Below the pieces are notes generated by a model. The model worked only from the letters and a program-made list of their open reading frames with translations, had not been told where the DNA came from and did no database searches. A stretch of 64,000 nt of DNA from Heteronotia binoei (taxonomy: Eukaryota), in NCBI RefSeq assembly GCF_032191835.1, contig NC_083240.1, positions 46,066,001-46,130,000 of the forward strand, read 5' to 3'. Position numbers and translations under genes: made by a program. Shown in pieces: positions 12,388-23,280 of the stretch; position 1 is the first letter of the stretch, and each line of letters opens with the position of its first letter.

Positions 12388-12603
12388 CAGCGGTCATGAA
12401 GGAACTGGCGGGATTACCGCGGTGGCGCCGTTGGGCGTGCGCAATGGGACGCCTGCGCATGCCCAGTGGCGCCGACCGCGGAAAATTCCCGGGCTTCTTA
12501 CAGATACCGATCGGGGACCCGCGCAGGCGCAGTATCCCACAAGTGTGACTGCACAGATGACCACTCGAAGATCTACAGTTACAGGTAAGCAACCTGTCTT
12601 TTC
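12388..12603 (-). repeat. DIRS right ITR plus right extension
   Basis: Reverse complement of the left ITR, followed by a unique extension complementary to the ICR. Confidence 0.93.
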
Positions 12604-12830
12604 GTTTCCGACACACTCCTTGGGTCCTAGTTGTCTGAGAAGAAAGTCATCACAGGTATGAATATTTAGAATAAACAAGGGAAGAGGGGCAAGGGATGTT
12701 TTGTGAGGCTTGTAAACTGAGATTGCGGGGAAGTTAGTTCCTCTTTGAAGAAGCACCTGCTTCAAGGAACAGAGGAGCGAATCCCCACACAGGAAGAACT
12801 GAGGCCTCTTGTCTGATCAGCAATTTGTGT

Positions 12831-13463
12831 AAGGTTGCCAAGTCCAACCCCAGAAATATCTGGGGACTTTGGGGGTGGAGCCAGGAGACTTTGGGGGTGG
12901 AGCCAGGAGACACTGGGGTGGAGCTAGGGGGAAACGGCTCCGGGGAGCGTGGCGAGCCGCCCCGCTGCTGCCGCCTCTTCTCCGCTCACCGTGGCTGCTC
13001 CTCCGAGATGGGCTCAGGCTAAGCCCATCTCGGAGGAGCAGCCACGGCGAGCAGAGAAGAGGCGGCAGCGGCGCGGCGGCCTTGGCCACTCCGCCTCTGG
13101 GGTGGAAGCGGAGGGGGGGTGGAGCCAAGCCAGGGGCGAGCTGCAAATCCGGGTCCTAGAAGGGCCCGGATTCGCGGCTCGCCATGCTCCTGGCCTGCCT
13201 CGCCCTCCCCTGCGCTGCTGCCGCCTCTTGGCTGCTCCTCCGAGATGGGCTCAGCCTGGGCCCATCTCGGAGGAGCAGCTGCGGTGGGCGGGGAGAGGGC
13301 AGCAGCGGCGCGGCGGCCTCGCCTGCTCCAGGAGCGGGCGGCTCGCCATGCTCCCCAGCGCCGTTTCCCCCCTCCCCCCGCTTCCGTTTTTTTGGGGAGC
13401 GGGGGAAGAGGATGGAAATCCTGGGGTCCCCCGCCAGGGCAGGAGGGTTGGGAAGCCTAAATT
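12831..13463. mobile_element. GC-rich member of an abundant (A)GGGTTGCCA-ended repeat family, with internal palindromes
   Basis: Starts AAGGTTGCCAAGTCC...GGGGGTGGAGCCAGGAG; related copies on - at ~14870-15180 and ~16880-17431; shorter relatives at ~16244-16436 and ~40858-41086. Confidence 0.6.
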
Positions 13464-14176
13464 TGTGGTATGTTCTGGGGACTGTCTCCCTGGCTGTGCT
13501 TTATGCAAGGCTGTGAGTGCCGACTGAAATTCCCAGCAGAGAATTCTGGTTCAGTTTTGGACTTCCTCTTTGGATATATAGGCAGAGCAAAGTCCATCAC
13601 CCTTAAGAAGCAGATTAAAGCAGAAGGAAGGCAGGAGGGGAACAGGAAGACCAAGGAAAGTCTTTTGAAAAAGAATGGAGGAGCTGTGCAAACAGATGGG
13701 GCCCGCTGATCATTTTCAGGCCCGGGAGGGTTTCACACAGCAGGGGCCTAGCAGGGCCTTCTACTGGCTGCCACCGCTCTAGGCGGGGTCTGCATGGGAG
13801 GGCCCAGAGCACCCAACCACCCTTGTCTTCCTTATTAAGAAATATCTCTTAACTATGACCAGGGGTCGTTTTGTAGAAAAATCGGTGGTGGAGCTCATCC
13901 AGGGATTGTTATGAAGCTGCAATACTATTCAATGGACAAGGAGGTGGAACTCTCAGAAAGGTTCAGGAGCTGTGCTCCTGTGAGCTCCCACTGAATCTGA
14001 GTCCTGACTGTGACCAATGAGACATGAGAATCCAGGCAAGTATAACAACAACAGTTTATTTACAGTGACAAATAATAAGCAGGTAAAAACAGGTGAAATA
14101 TATATACAGTAAGGAAAAGGAAAGGTCCCCTGTGCAAGCACCAGTCGTTTCCGACTCTGGGGTGACATTGCTTTCA

Positions 14177-14447
14177 CAATGTTTTCACAGCAGACTTTTT
14201 ACGGAGTGGTTTGGTAAAGGTTGGTGCAAATAAACAAAAGCCCTGACACATTTAGCTGTACAGTCCCTACTCTGATACCAGAACTCACCCCTTGGGTAAG
14301 GGATCTCTTTGGAACAGGAAGAGATCCCTTACCCAAGGGGTGAGTTCTGGTATCAGAGTAGGGACTGTATAGCTAAATGTGTCAGGGCTTTTATTTGCAC
14401 CAACCTTTACCAAACCACTCCGTAAAAAGTCTGCTGTGAAAACATTG
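14177..14447. repeat. Near-perfect hairpin: 133/129-bp arms, 9-nt loop
   Basis: 14177-14309 is the reverse complement of 14319-14447, with 1 mismatch and a 4-nt indel. Confidence 0.95.
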
Positions 14448-14609
14448 GAAGAGCACTCCTTCTCTGTCTGCAACCTCTCTAGACAGAGAACCTCCCTGCC
14501 TGCAGCCTCTCCAGGAAAGAACACACCCTGTCTGTGCTTGGCCCTTTTTATGCTCTCCTCCCAGGTCCCACCCCTCTCTGGGCTAATTTCCCTCCAAAAC
14601 CTTGCCACC

Positions 14610-14791
14610 CAGTCAGGGACAGAGGAGATTCTGGGAAATGTAGGCTTTCTTTAGTAACTTCTAGGCAGGCTTCTCTGGAACTTGTAGACCTCACTAAGCC
14701 CAGTCAGGGACAGAGGAGATTCTGGGAAATGTAGGCTTTCTTTAGTAACTTCTAGGCAGGCTTCTCTGGAACTTGTAGACCTCACTAAGCC
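14610..14791. repeat. 91-bp direct tandem duplication
   Basis: CAGTCAGGGACAGAGGAG...CTCACTAAGCC twice, starting 14610 and 14701. Confidence 0.95.
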
Positions 14792-17759
14792 TAGGATCCC
14801 GACAGAGGGACATGTTCTTAATCCTGTTTCCCCTCTGGAATGTGCACTCTGGGGCAAATGAACACTGGTTGCATACCTGGTAGAGGCACCAAATTTTCAG
14901 CATAGCATTCAGTGCCTTTTTTCAAAACACCCTCCAAGTTTCAAAAACATTAGACCAGGGGGTCCAATTCTAGGAGCCCCAAAAGAAGGTGTCCCTATCC
15001 ATTATTTCCAATGGAGGGAAGGCATTTAAAACGTATATGGTCCCTTTAAATGTGATGGCCAGAACTCCCTTTTGAGTTCAGTTATGCTTGCCACAACCTT
15101 GCTTCTGGCTCCACCCCAAAGTCTCCTGGTTCCACCCCCAAAGTCCCTAGATATTTCTTGAATTGGACTTGGCAACCCTACGCTACGCATTGCGTCAGGC
15201 AAGCTTTCTGGCTAGCATGATACATAAAATGTATTAAATAAGCCCTTGCATAAAGGGAAACAAAAGCCTTTGCAGCTTGGGTAAACAAGATGGGCTCTGC
15301 TGGACATCTAAGAGATGACTGGGAGGGATGCCCGACAAACCTCCCTTGGGCAGAAGTGGAGCAAAGCTGCCCCCAAAGTGGTCGCCCTCAAATTAAGTCA
15401 CTGGATCAGAGAGGGGGGGTGGGTGCCCAGCAGTCCATGCATGTCCTCAGTGTGGGTTGCCGTGAATGAAAGAAAGGCCGCCTGCAGAGTTATATTTATC
15501 CAGATTAAAATTAGCCTGATGGAAAATCTCTGCGATGGGAAAGGTGCCCATATGCCATTCCTCGGTCCCTTGGCATCTTTCCTGCCTTGCAGAGCAGACA
15601 CGAGCCCAGAAGTGGCAGTTCAGCCAGGAAGGCAGCACCTCCGTTAAAAAAAAAAAAAGTCCAACAGAAGAAGGAATGATGACAAATGCCCTGCCGTCCC
15701 AAGAAGCTGTGGGTGTGCCACACAGCACAACTGGAACCCAGCTTGGGAATGCCTGCCTCAAGGCCCTCCTCTCGCATGACAAATTACAATTTAAAAGGTA
15801 AGTGCCAAATTAAAATGCAGGCCTCCCACACGCCAAAAAAATAAAGACAGCCGCTTGTCATCTGTGAGTCAGGGCTGGGAAATGGTACTTGTTGAAGGAT
15901 TCCCATTCCGCTCAGCCGTTTGTTCGTTCCGGAGCCTGGACTGCCGCGGTGGAGCACAGAACAGGCACCTGAAATGACAGGAGGCTGTGGCCTTGCAAGC
16001 GCCAGGCCTCCTCCAGAGACTCTTTGTGGCTCAAATGTGGCCAGTTTAGCAGAGACAGTTCTCAGCCATAGCCCGTGTCCCATGGCTCACTTGTGATTCA
16101 TCCATCTTGGAAGGAAGGGTGGGAAGAGAGCCCTGCATAGGCTGGAATCATTAGTGAGCCAACCTCAGTCTTGCCTGGGCGACTTTTAAAAACCTGTTAC
16201 TAGAGTCTCCATGATCTCGCAGCACAGTGGGCATCACAAATAGGCTTGCCAACCTCTAGGTGTGGGCTGGAGTTCTAGAATTATAACATCTCCAGACGAC
16301 AGAGATCAGTTCTCCTGGAGGGAATGGCAGCTGTGCAGGCCAGACTGCTGAGCCCCCTCCCCTTCCCAAACTTGACCCTCCCCAGCCTCCACTCCCATAT
16401 CTCCAGGAATTTCCCAAGCCAGAGTTGGCAACCCTATCCGGAGCGGCTGCAGAACCTTGGAAAAGCCACCATGACCCCTGACCTGCTTTGGCACAGCTGG
16501 GCCTGTCTGCTCCCTTGCACAGTGGAAACCAGGTACAAAGAGAGAAATTGTAATCGTAGGTCATAAATAGTCCATAAAGTGCAAAATCATATTGTGTTGA
16601 CCTTTTTTTTTTTTTTAATTAACCAGTTCAGTTTTTCATATAGGCTTCCCAAACCTCCCACTCTGGCGGGAGACTTCTGGGTTCGCAGATTCATCTCCCG
16701 CTCTTCAAAACTCTGGAAGTGGGGGTGGGGGGTGGAGGGGGGGAACATACCTTTAGGCTTCATGTTGTAGAGCTCCTGAGCCGTCTGCAAAATGTCTGCC
16801 CCTTTAAGGCTGGGCAGGAAGCAGGAAGCAGAAAGGGCTTCTGAGAACGGCCCCTCCCTTCCTTTTGCTTTCGTTTTCACAGGAAGTAGAGTTGTCCGGA
16901 GGAAGATCTGGTAAGTGTGTGTGTGAGAGGGAGGGGGCAGGGGATTCCCTAGTTTGGAGGTTCTCCCCCCCTTTAGAAAGCGTGGGGGGGGAGGGAAATG
17001 TCTACTGGGCACTCTATTATTCCCTATGGAGAACGATTCCCATAGGGAATAATAGGAAATTGATCCGTGGGTATTGGGGGCTCTGGGGGGGCTATTTTTT
17101 GAGGTAGAGGCACCAAATTTTTAGTATAGCATCTAGTGCCTCCCCCCAAAATACCCCCCCCCAAGTTTCAAAACGATTGGACCAGAGGGTCCAATTCTAT
17201 GAGCCCCAAAATATGGTGCCCCTATCCTTAATTATTTCCTATGGAAGAAAGGCATTTTAAAAGGTGTGCTGTCTCTTTAAATGTGATGGCCAGAACTCCC
17301 TTGGAGTTCAATTATGCTTGTCACATCCTTGTTCTTGGCTCCACCCCCAATGTCTCCTGGCTCCACCCCCAAAGTCTCCTGGCTCCACCCCCAAAGTCCC
17401 CAGATTTTTCTTTAATTGGACTTGGCAACCCTATTTTCATATGGTTTTCAGTGGGCATAGTCAGCAGCCATTTCTGGCATCCTTCATCACGAATAATCTA
17501 ACATAATCATGATGGATTGGGGACATTATGCCCCTAGAAATTTAATATTTGCTGCACTCAAGGCATAGATGGAAGTTCCAGAAGTTGTGAAAGGACAATC
17601 CTCGGGAACTGTGGGTTTGTTATCAGTGTCATTACATTTCATTTGGATGTGATGACTCTGACATCAAGAGTGGTTGATTTTGAACTGGTTAATTTTGAAG
17701 AGTCGACACTATACAATTTTGCACTCTATGGACTATTTATTGTATTATGAATTATGATC

Positions 17760-17951
17760 CGTGTTCCCTCTAAGCGGAGTTAGTGTGAGCTAGCTCACAA
17801 ATTTTTAGCCTCCAGCTCACAGATTTTTGTCCTAGCTCAGGAAGGATGGCCCCAGAGCACACTAATTGATGCAGTGGCCCACAGCTTGAATGCCAGTAGC
17901 TCACAAAGTAGAATTTTTGCTCACATGACTCTGCAGCTTAGAGGGAACATT
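17760..17951. mobile_element. MITE with TIR (CA)GTGTTCCCTCTAAG
   Basis: Ends CTTAGAGGGAACATTG; further copies at ~18717-18931 and ~57053-57222 (SRSF1 intron 2). Confidence 0.65.
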
Positions 17952-19695
17952 GATTATGATTACAATTTATTAATTTGTACATGGTTTACACAATGGTTGC
18001 AGTTTTTTCTCACTGACTTATTGTGCCCCCCCCCTTTTCTTTTTGGCCCTTGCCCCGTGGGACGGAGCCCTCAGGCAGTGGAGCCCCCTCCAAGCCCCCT
18101 CCCAGATGAGTGACCATGGAGGTCAGCCAGCCAGCCAGAGGTGGGAAGCCATGCACCATGAAGAATTCCCCAAGGTGGAGTTGACAGCCCTATGAAGTGG
18201 GGCAGCAGACACATACTGATGGACTGCATGTGTTACATGTGAGGTTGCCAGTCTCCGGGTGGATCTTCCAGAATGGCTGATCTCCAGACTACCTAGACCA
18301 GTCTTCATGGAAGAAAAAGCCATTGAAGAGGGTGAACCGTACAGCATCTCCTACTGAGGTCCTTCCCCTCTCCCAACACCGTTCTCCTTAGGCTCCACCC
18401 GCAGATCTCCAGGAATTTTCCCAATGGGGCAAATAGCTCCCCAGTGCTTATGGTTGCCGTCCTACAGGTAGGACTTGGAGAATGCCCAGAATTACAACTG
18501 ATTTCCAAACAACAGAGATCTCTCCCCCTGGAGAAAATGGCTGCCTTGGAGGGTAGACTCTATGGCATTGTATCTGGCTGAGGCCCACCCTCCCCCTCAC
18601 TAGACTGCGCCCAAAGTGTCCAGGAATTTCCCAGCCTGGAGCTGGCAACCTCACCAGTGTCCTTGGGTAAGGCCTATGTTTTCTCATTAATACAAATTAT
18701 CTCCATACTACAGAGCACTGTTGCCTCTAAGCTGAGATAGCGTGAGTTAGCTCACAGATTTTTAGCCTCCAGCTCACGCGTTTTTGTCTTAGCTTAGGAA
18801 GGAAGACCCCAGAGCATGATCATTGATGCAAGAGCTCACAACTTTAATGCCAGTGGCTCACAATTTTAATGCCAGGAGCTCACAAAGTTGAAGTTTTGCT
18901 CCCAAGACTCTGCAGCTTAGAAGGAACATTGAGATCTGTTCCCCTGGAGAAAATGGCAGCTTCAGAAGGCAAACTCTATGAAATCCCTCCACAAATCCCC
19001 CCTTCCACAGGCACTGCCCACAGACCTTTAGGAATTTCCCAGGGTGCAGTTGACAACCCTTGAAGTGGAGAAGAACTGTAAACACTGTAATGTGCAGTTA
19101 AGCCTTCATTTGGCGTTTTTACAAATTAAAAAAGCCAGCCACTTGTCACAACAATTAAAATTTACCTAGCAGTTTAGTAAAACCAGACACGGGGAAACAA
19201 AATATTAAAGGCATGTTCACATCAGAATCCACAGAATAGTAAAAGTATTTGCAATCACTACAAAGTAGGTGTGGCGGGCCTCCAATTTTATGGTCTTACT
19301 ATAGAGTTTCTGGCAATTCCTAGAACTGCTCAATGTCACTTCTGGGTTTTGCCAGAAGTGATGTCATGGCATACATGACACAGCACACCCCCTTGTGTTA
19401 CTGCCTCCCAAGCTGCAACTAGTGGCAACCCTAAAGTTACCACCCACTAGGTTTGCCAGTCCCAGGTCTGGGGGTGGGGCGGGATCCTTTGGTTTTTCAG
19501 GCTCCTCCCCACTGCCAGCCAGCTGGCCAGCAAGGGGAAGTCCTACCCCAACAGCCACCATGTGCCTTCAGACAAGGGCAGGTTTAGAGGAGGCTTGCAG
19601 CTGTTTGTGTTTCTGAATGTGTGTGTGTGCCTTTAAATCTCAAGAAGAAAGCTGCAGGGGGATGGGGTGAGCAGACAGAACCAGGTGGCTCTCAG

Positions 19696-20170
19696 TATCA
19701 GACACTGGAAAGTTATCATGATAATATGATGCTGGATTTAAACTGTGGTGAACTGCTTAGCTTAACTGACTCCATTTTCTAGCATATGTTACTAACCTCA
19801 AGGAGAAACCTTGCATATCAAAGTAGAAGTATAGTTGCTGCTAACAATAGTGTGAATTCCTGTCCCTGATACTAACAAAGGCAACATCCCTTTGAAGATA
19901 AAATGCCTCAGGGAAGGCCAGTTGGGCCATCCCTGTGAGAATGAGAACCACAAAGAGATAAGAGAAAACAACCATGTGAAATGTATCACTTCATTGTGGG
20001 AATGTAGATGTGTTTAGAAACCTTTGATGTACAACTCATTAAAATATCTATGCTCCGAGGGAAAAGTATCAGTTCCAATCTTGCTGCGCTCAGAAACTAT
20101 GAACTATCAAATAAAGTTTTAACATTGCAACAAATGGAGTCTGCTTAATTTGAAGTTCCATTGTCTGACA
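19696..20170 (+). repeat. Gypsy 5' LTR
   Basis: TATCAGACA (TG mutated)...TGTCTGACA; AATAAA 20110-20115; about 15 differences from the 3' LTR by eye (~3%). Confidence 0.95.
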
Positions 20171-20222
20171 TTTTGGAACTGATCCAGTACGGGTTTATCC
20201 GAACTGGCAACTTTTAAACTGA

Positions 20223-21821
20223 ATGGCTGCCAAATTTCCGGATAACGGAGAACCCACCGAACCTGTGGAGGAGCCGAAGACGCCCCCTGGAGTCACCGCT
20301 ACCCAACGAAAAGGGGGGTCCCCGCTACACTTCCAGATGCTTCTCATCACCCCGCAGAAGTGGAAACCCCGCACCTCAACCACCCTCATGGATGAGGCGG
20401 CGGGACGGTACAAAAACATATTCGCCAGACCGGATACCGGCGTGGAGGGCATCCTGAGAAAAGAGGATGCCAAGGACGGTCGAGGAGGTGGCCCGGACCG
20501 AGACGATGGCAGAGCCCCGAGGGAAGAAGAAAGCATTGAACAGTTGAGAGACGAGATGTGGAACTGGGTGAAGGCGATCCGGAACGAGATCCAGGCCAAC
20601 GTGGTGCACATCACCCGAGAGGTGCAACGGCAGCTGGACCAGATGCGAGAACAACCGCGGCCCGCGCCTGACCAGCCAGCACCTCAACCTGATCCACCGG
20701 TGTTGCAACCCGACCCGCCGGCACCACAGCCCGATCTACCAGTGCTGCAGCCCGATCAGCCAGCGCTGCAACCAGATCCGCTGGTAGTTCCACCAAGGGG
20801 GGCCAGCCGAGCCGCCGGCACCGCCAGCCCCTGTGGGACCTCCGGTGGTTCCGGGCCCAATCACGCCACAGATCCCAGCGGCGCCGCCAGCATGGCCGAT
20901 CGGGCCATTTGCCCCACAACCACTAATGCCAGGGCCCTGGGGTGGAGGCAGGGGCCAGGGGCTAGACATCACCTTCGATGGCGACCCGGAGGAGGTGGAG
21001 TATTTCACCATCCAGAGCAACAGCTACATGCACTATTGGGGGAACACCTTCCCCGATGAGCCCAGTCGGGTGGACTACTTGGGGTCGAAGTTGAAAGGAG
21101 CAGCTAGATGATGGTATGTGAGTTTGTATGAAAGCCGGGCCCCTGAGTTAACCAATGTGGAGGGCTTCCTGCAAGCGATGCTACATCAGTACGGGGATCC
21201 TCTCCAAGAAGTGAGGGCCCTCACAGCCCTGCGCGACCTGCAACAAGGATCAAGGTCGGTGAGGGAGTACACAGCCGACTTTAGAGCACACTGCGCTAAA
21301 GTCCGAGGCTGGAACGAAAGGATGAGGATCAAAGCCTACCAACGGGGCCTCAACACGAGCCTCCTAGACCAAGCGTTCCATCAGGCGCGACCGACTACCC
21401 TGGTGGGATGGATACAGCTGGCGGGGGAGGTTGAGACCAACATGAGACACATCGCCCTGCAGTGACAGCAACAACAAGGGGCGAAAGGGGGACGTGAGGC
21501 TCGGCCGGGGACCAAACCTGAGCCCAAGAAAGTGCCGACTCAGGGGAGAACCCCCAAGTTGACGCCAGGCCGGAAATGCTTCCAATGTGGTGATCCGGGG
21601 CACCTAGCCGCCAACTGCCCGGAGAAGCCTTGAGCCCCCCCCCCCTTGACCTCGAAGCCGACCGCCGCGGGGCCAAAGAAAATACCGGGAAAGCCTAAAG
21701 AGCCCAATCGGGGCAGTGCTGCCACATTGTTGGCGCTTGCCGAGGATGTTATAACTATCAACGACTCAGGGGAGGAGTCGTGGGAACCGGAACCGGCGGG
21801 AAACGAGAGTGACCTGCACTG
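20223..21821 (+). pseudogene. gag: Gypsy gag (frameshift plus several TGA stops)
   Basis: Retrotransposon capsid-like segment (FDGDPEEVEYF...LGSKLKGAA), LQQGSRSVREYTADF, CCHC knuckle CFQCGDPGHLAANC at ~21578-21619. Confidence 0.88.
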
Positions 21822-23230
21822 AAGGGTGCCGGACGGCAGGTCGTGGATTTGACTGCACCACTATGAGTGAGAATAACTGGGGCCCTACTATTTGTACCAG
21901 TGACATTGTTGAGCCCAAAACTGAAACGATTCATGCATGCCCGGGCCCTACTCGACTCGGGCTGCACCCGCAAAATCATAACCCCAAGGCTAGTAGACGC
22001 CCTGGGGTTGTCCCAAACTCCCCTCCCCCACCCAATCCAATTCGAACAGATGGACAGGACTGCTATCAGGGGAGAACTGTGCACAGAGGAGACCCAGGGG
22101 CTGCCGGTGGGAATTAAAGAGCACTGGGAGGTGGAAGTCTTCGTCATCGCCCCCTCTTCCTCCTTTGATGTAGTGCTAGGGGTGGGTTGGCTGGCCCGAC
22201 ACCAGCCGGACATACAATGGGGGGAGCAAACAATAGACTTCACCGACCAACGGTGCACCCACCACCATTGGCAGGGACAGTGGAGGCCAACGCCACCCCC
22301 TAAGAATGAAAAGATATGTGTATCGGTGGAGGAGGTCCGATCAATCCCAAAGGAATATCGAGACCTGCGCAAAGTGTGTAGTGAGGAGGAGGCGAATGAG
22401 TTACCGCCCCACCGGGACACCGACTGGGCAATCAAACTGATCCCATGGCAGGAACTGCCAAAAGCAAAGCTGTACTTAATGGGGTGGGCGGAGAAGGCAG
22501 AATTACGAAAGTTTATTGACAAGAACTTAAAACGGGGGTTCATTAGGCTGGCTACCGCCCCGCACGCCGCCCCGGTCCTCTTCCAGAAGAAGAAGGACGG
22601 GAGTCTTAGGCTTTGCACAGACTTTTGCGGGATAAACGGGATCTCGATGTCCAATGCCTATCCCATCTCACTGATAAGAGACTTGCTAAGCACGTATCCG
22701 AGGGGTCCGTTTTCACAAAACTGGACCTGAGAGACGCTTATTTCCGAGTCAGGATCAAAGAGGGGGACGAATGGAAAACGGCTTTCAATACACCTATGGG
22801 GCAGTTTGAGTATTTGGTGATGCCGTTCGGACTACAAGGGGCCCCCCGGGGTCTTTATGAACTTTATAAATGAGGTGCTCAGGGAATATCTGTACAAGGG
22901 GATGGTGGTGTACCTCGATGACATTATTATCTATTCGAGAGATCTAGCCTCCCACATTCCACTGGTCAGGAAAGTACTCTCTACCCTGTACCAGCACAAG
23001 CTGTATGCGAAGCTATCCAAGTGTGAATTCCACCAAACGGAACTAGACTACCTGGGCTTCCGTGTGTCCGGGAAGGGATTAGCGATGGACCCAGCCAAAA
23101 TACAAGCAGTGTTAGACTGGGAGCCCCCGAGGACACGTAGACAACTCCAATCGTTCCTCGGGTTCGCTAATTTCTACAGGGGGTTCATTCAGGAGTTCGT
23201 CCAAGTAATGTTGCCCCTGACAGACTTACT

Positions 23231-23279
<49 letters not shown>
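23231..23279. repeat. (ATC)n microsatellite, the L2 tail
   Basis: About 16 ATC units. Confidence 0.95.

Positions 23280-23280
<1 letters not shown>

Larger units (their letters stand above)
6565..12603 (+). mobile_element. Full-length DIRS1-type (tyrosine recombinase) retrotransposon
   Basis: Inverted terminal repeats, internal complementary region, and gag-like, RT/RNaseH/MT and YR coding regions; exact ends uncertain by a few nt. Confidence 0.97.
14009..14804 (-). mobile_element. Putative solo LTR
   Basis: On - reads TGTCGGG...AATAAA...GGTCACA (TG...CA, polyA signal near the end); no TSD found. Confidence 0.45.

Noticed and set aside
12241-12600. Short repeats with intervening sequence resembling a CRISPR array
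   Set aside because: Eukaryotic DNA; fully explained by the DIRS ICR and ITR.
12817-13527. Several overlapping 100-190-aa ORFs on both strands
   Set aside because: By-products of GC-rich palindromic repeat sequence; no domain, no splice context.
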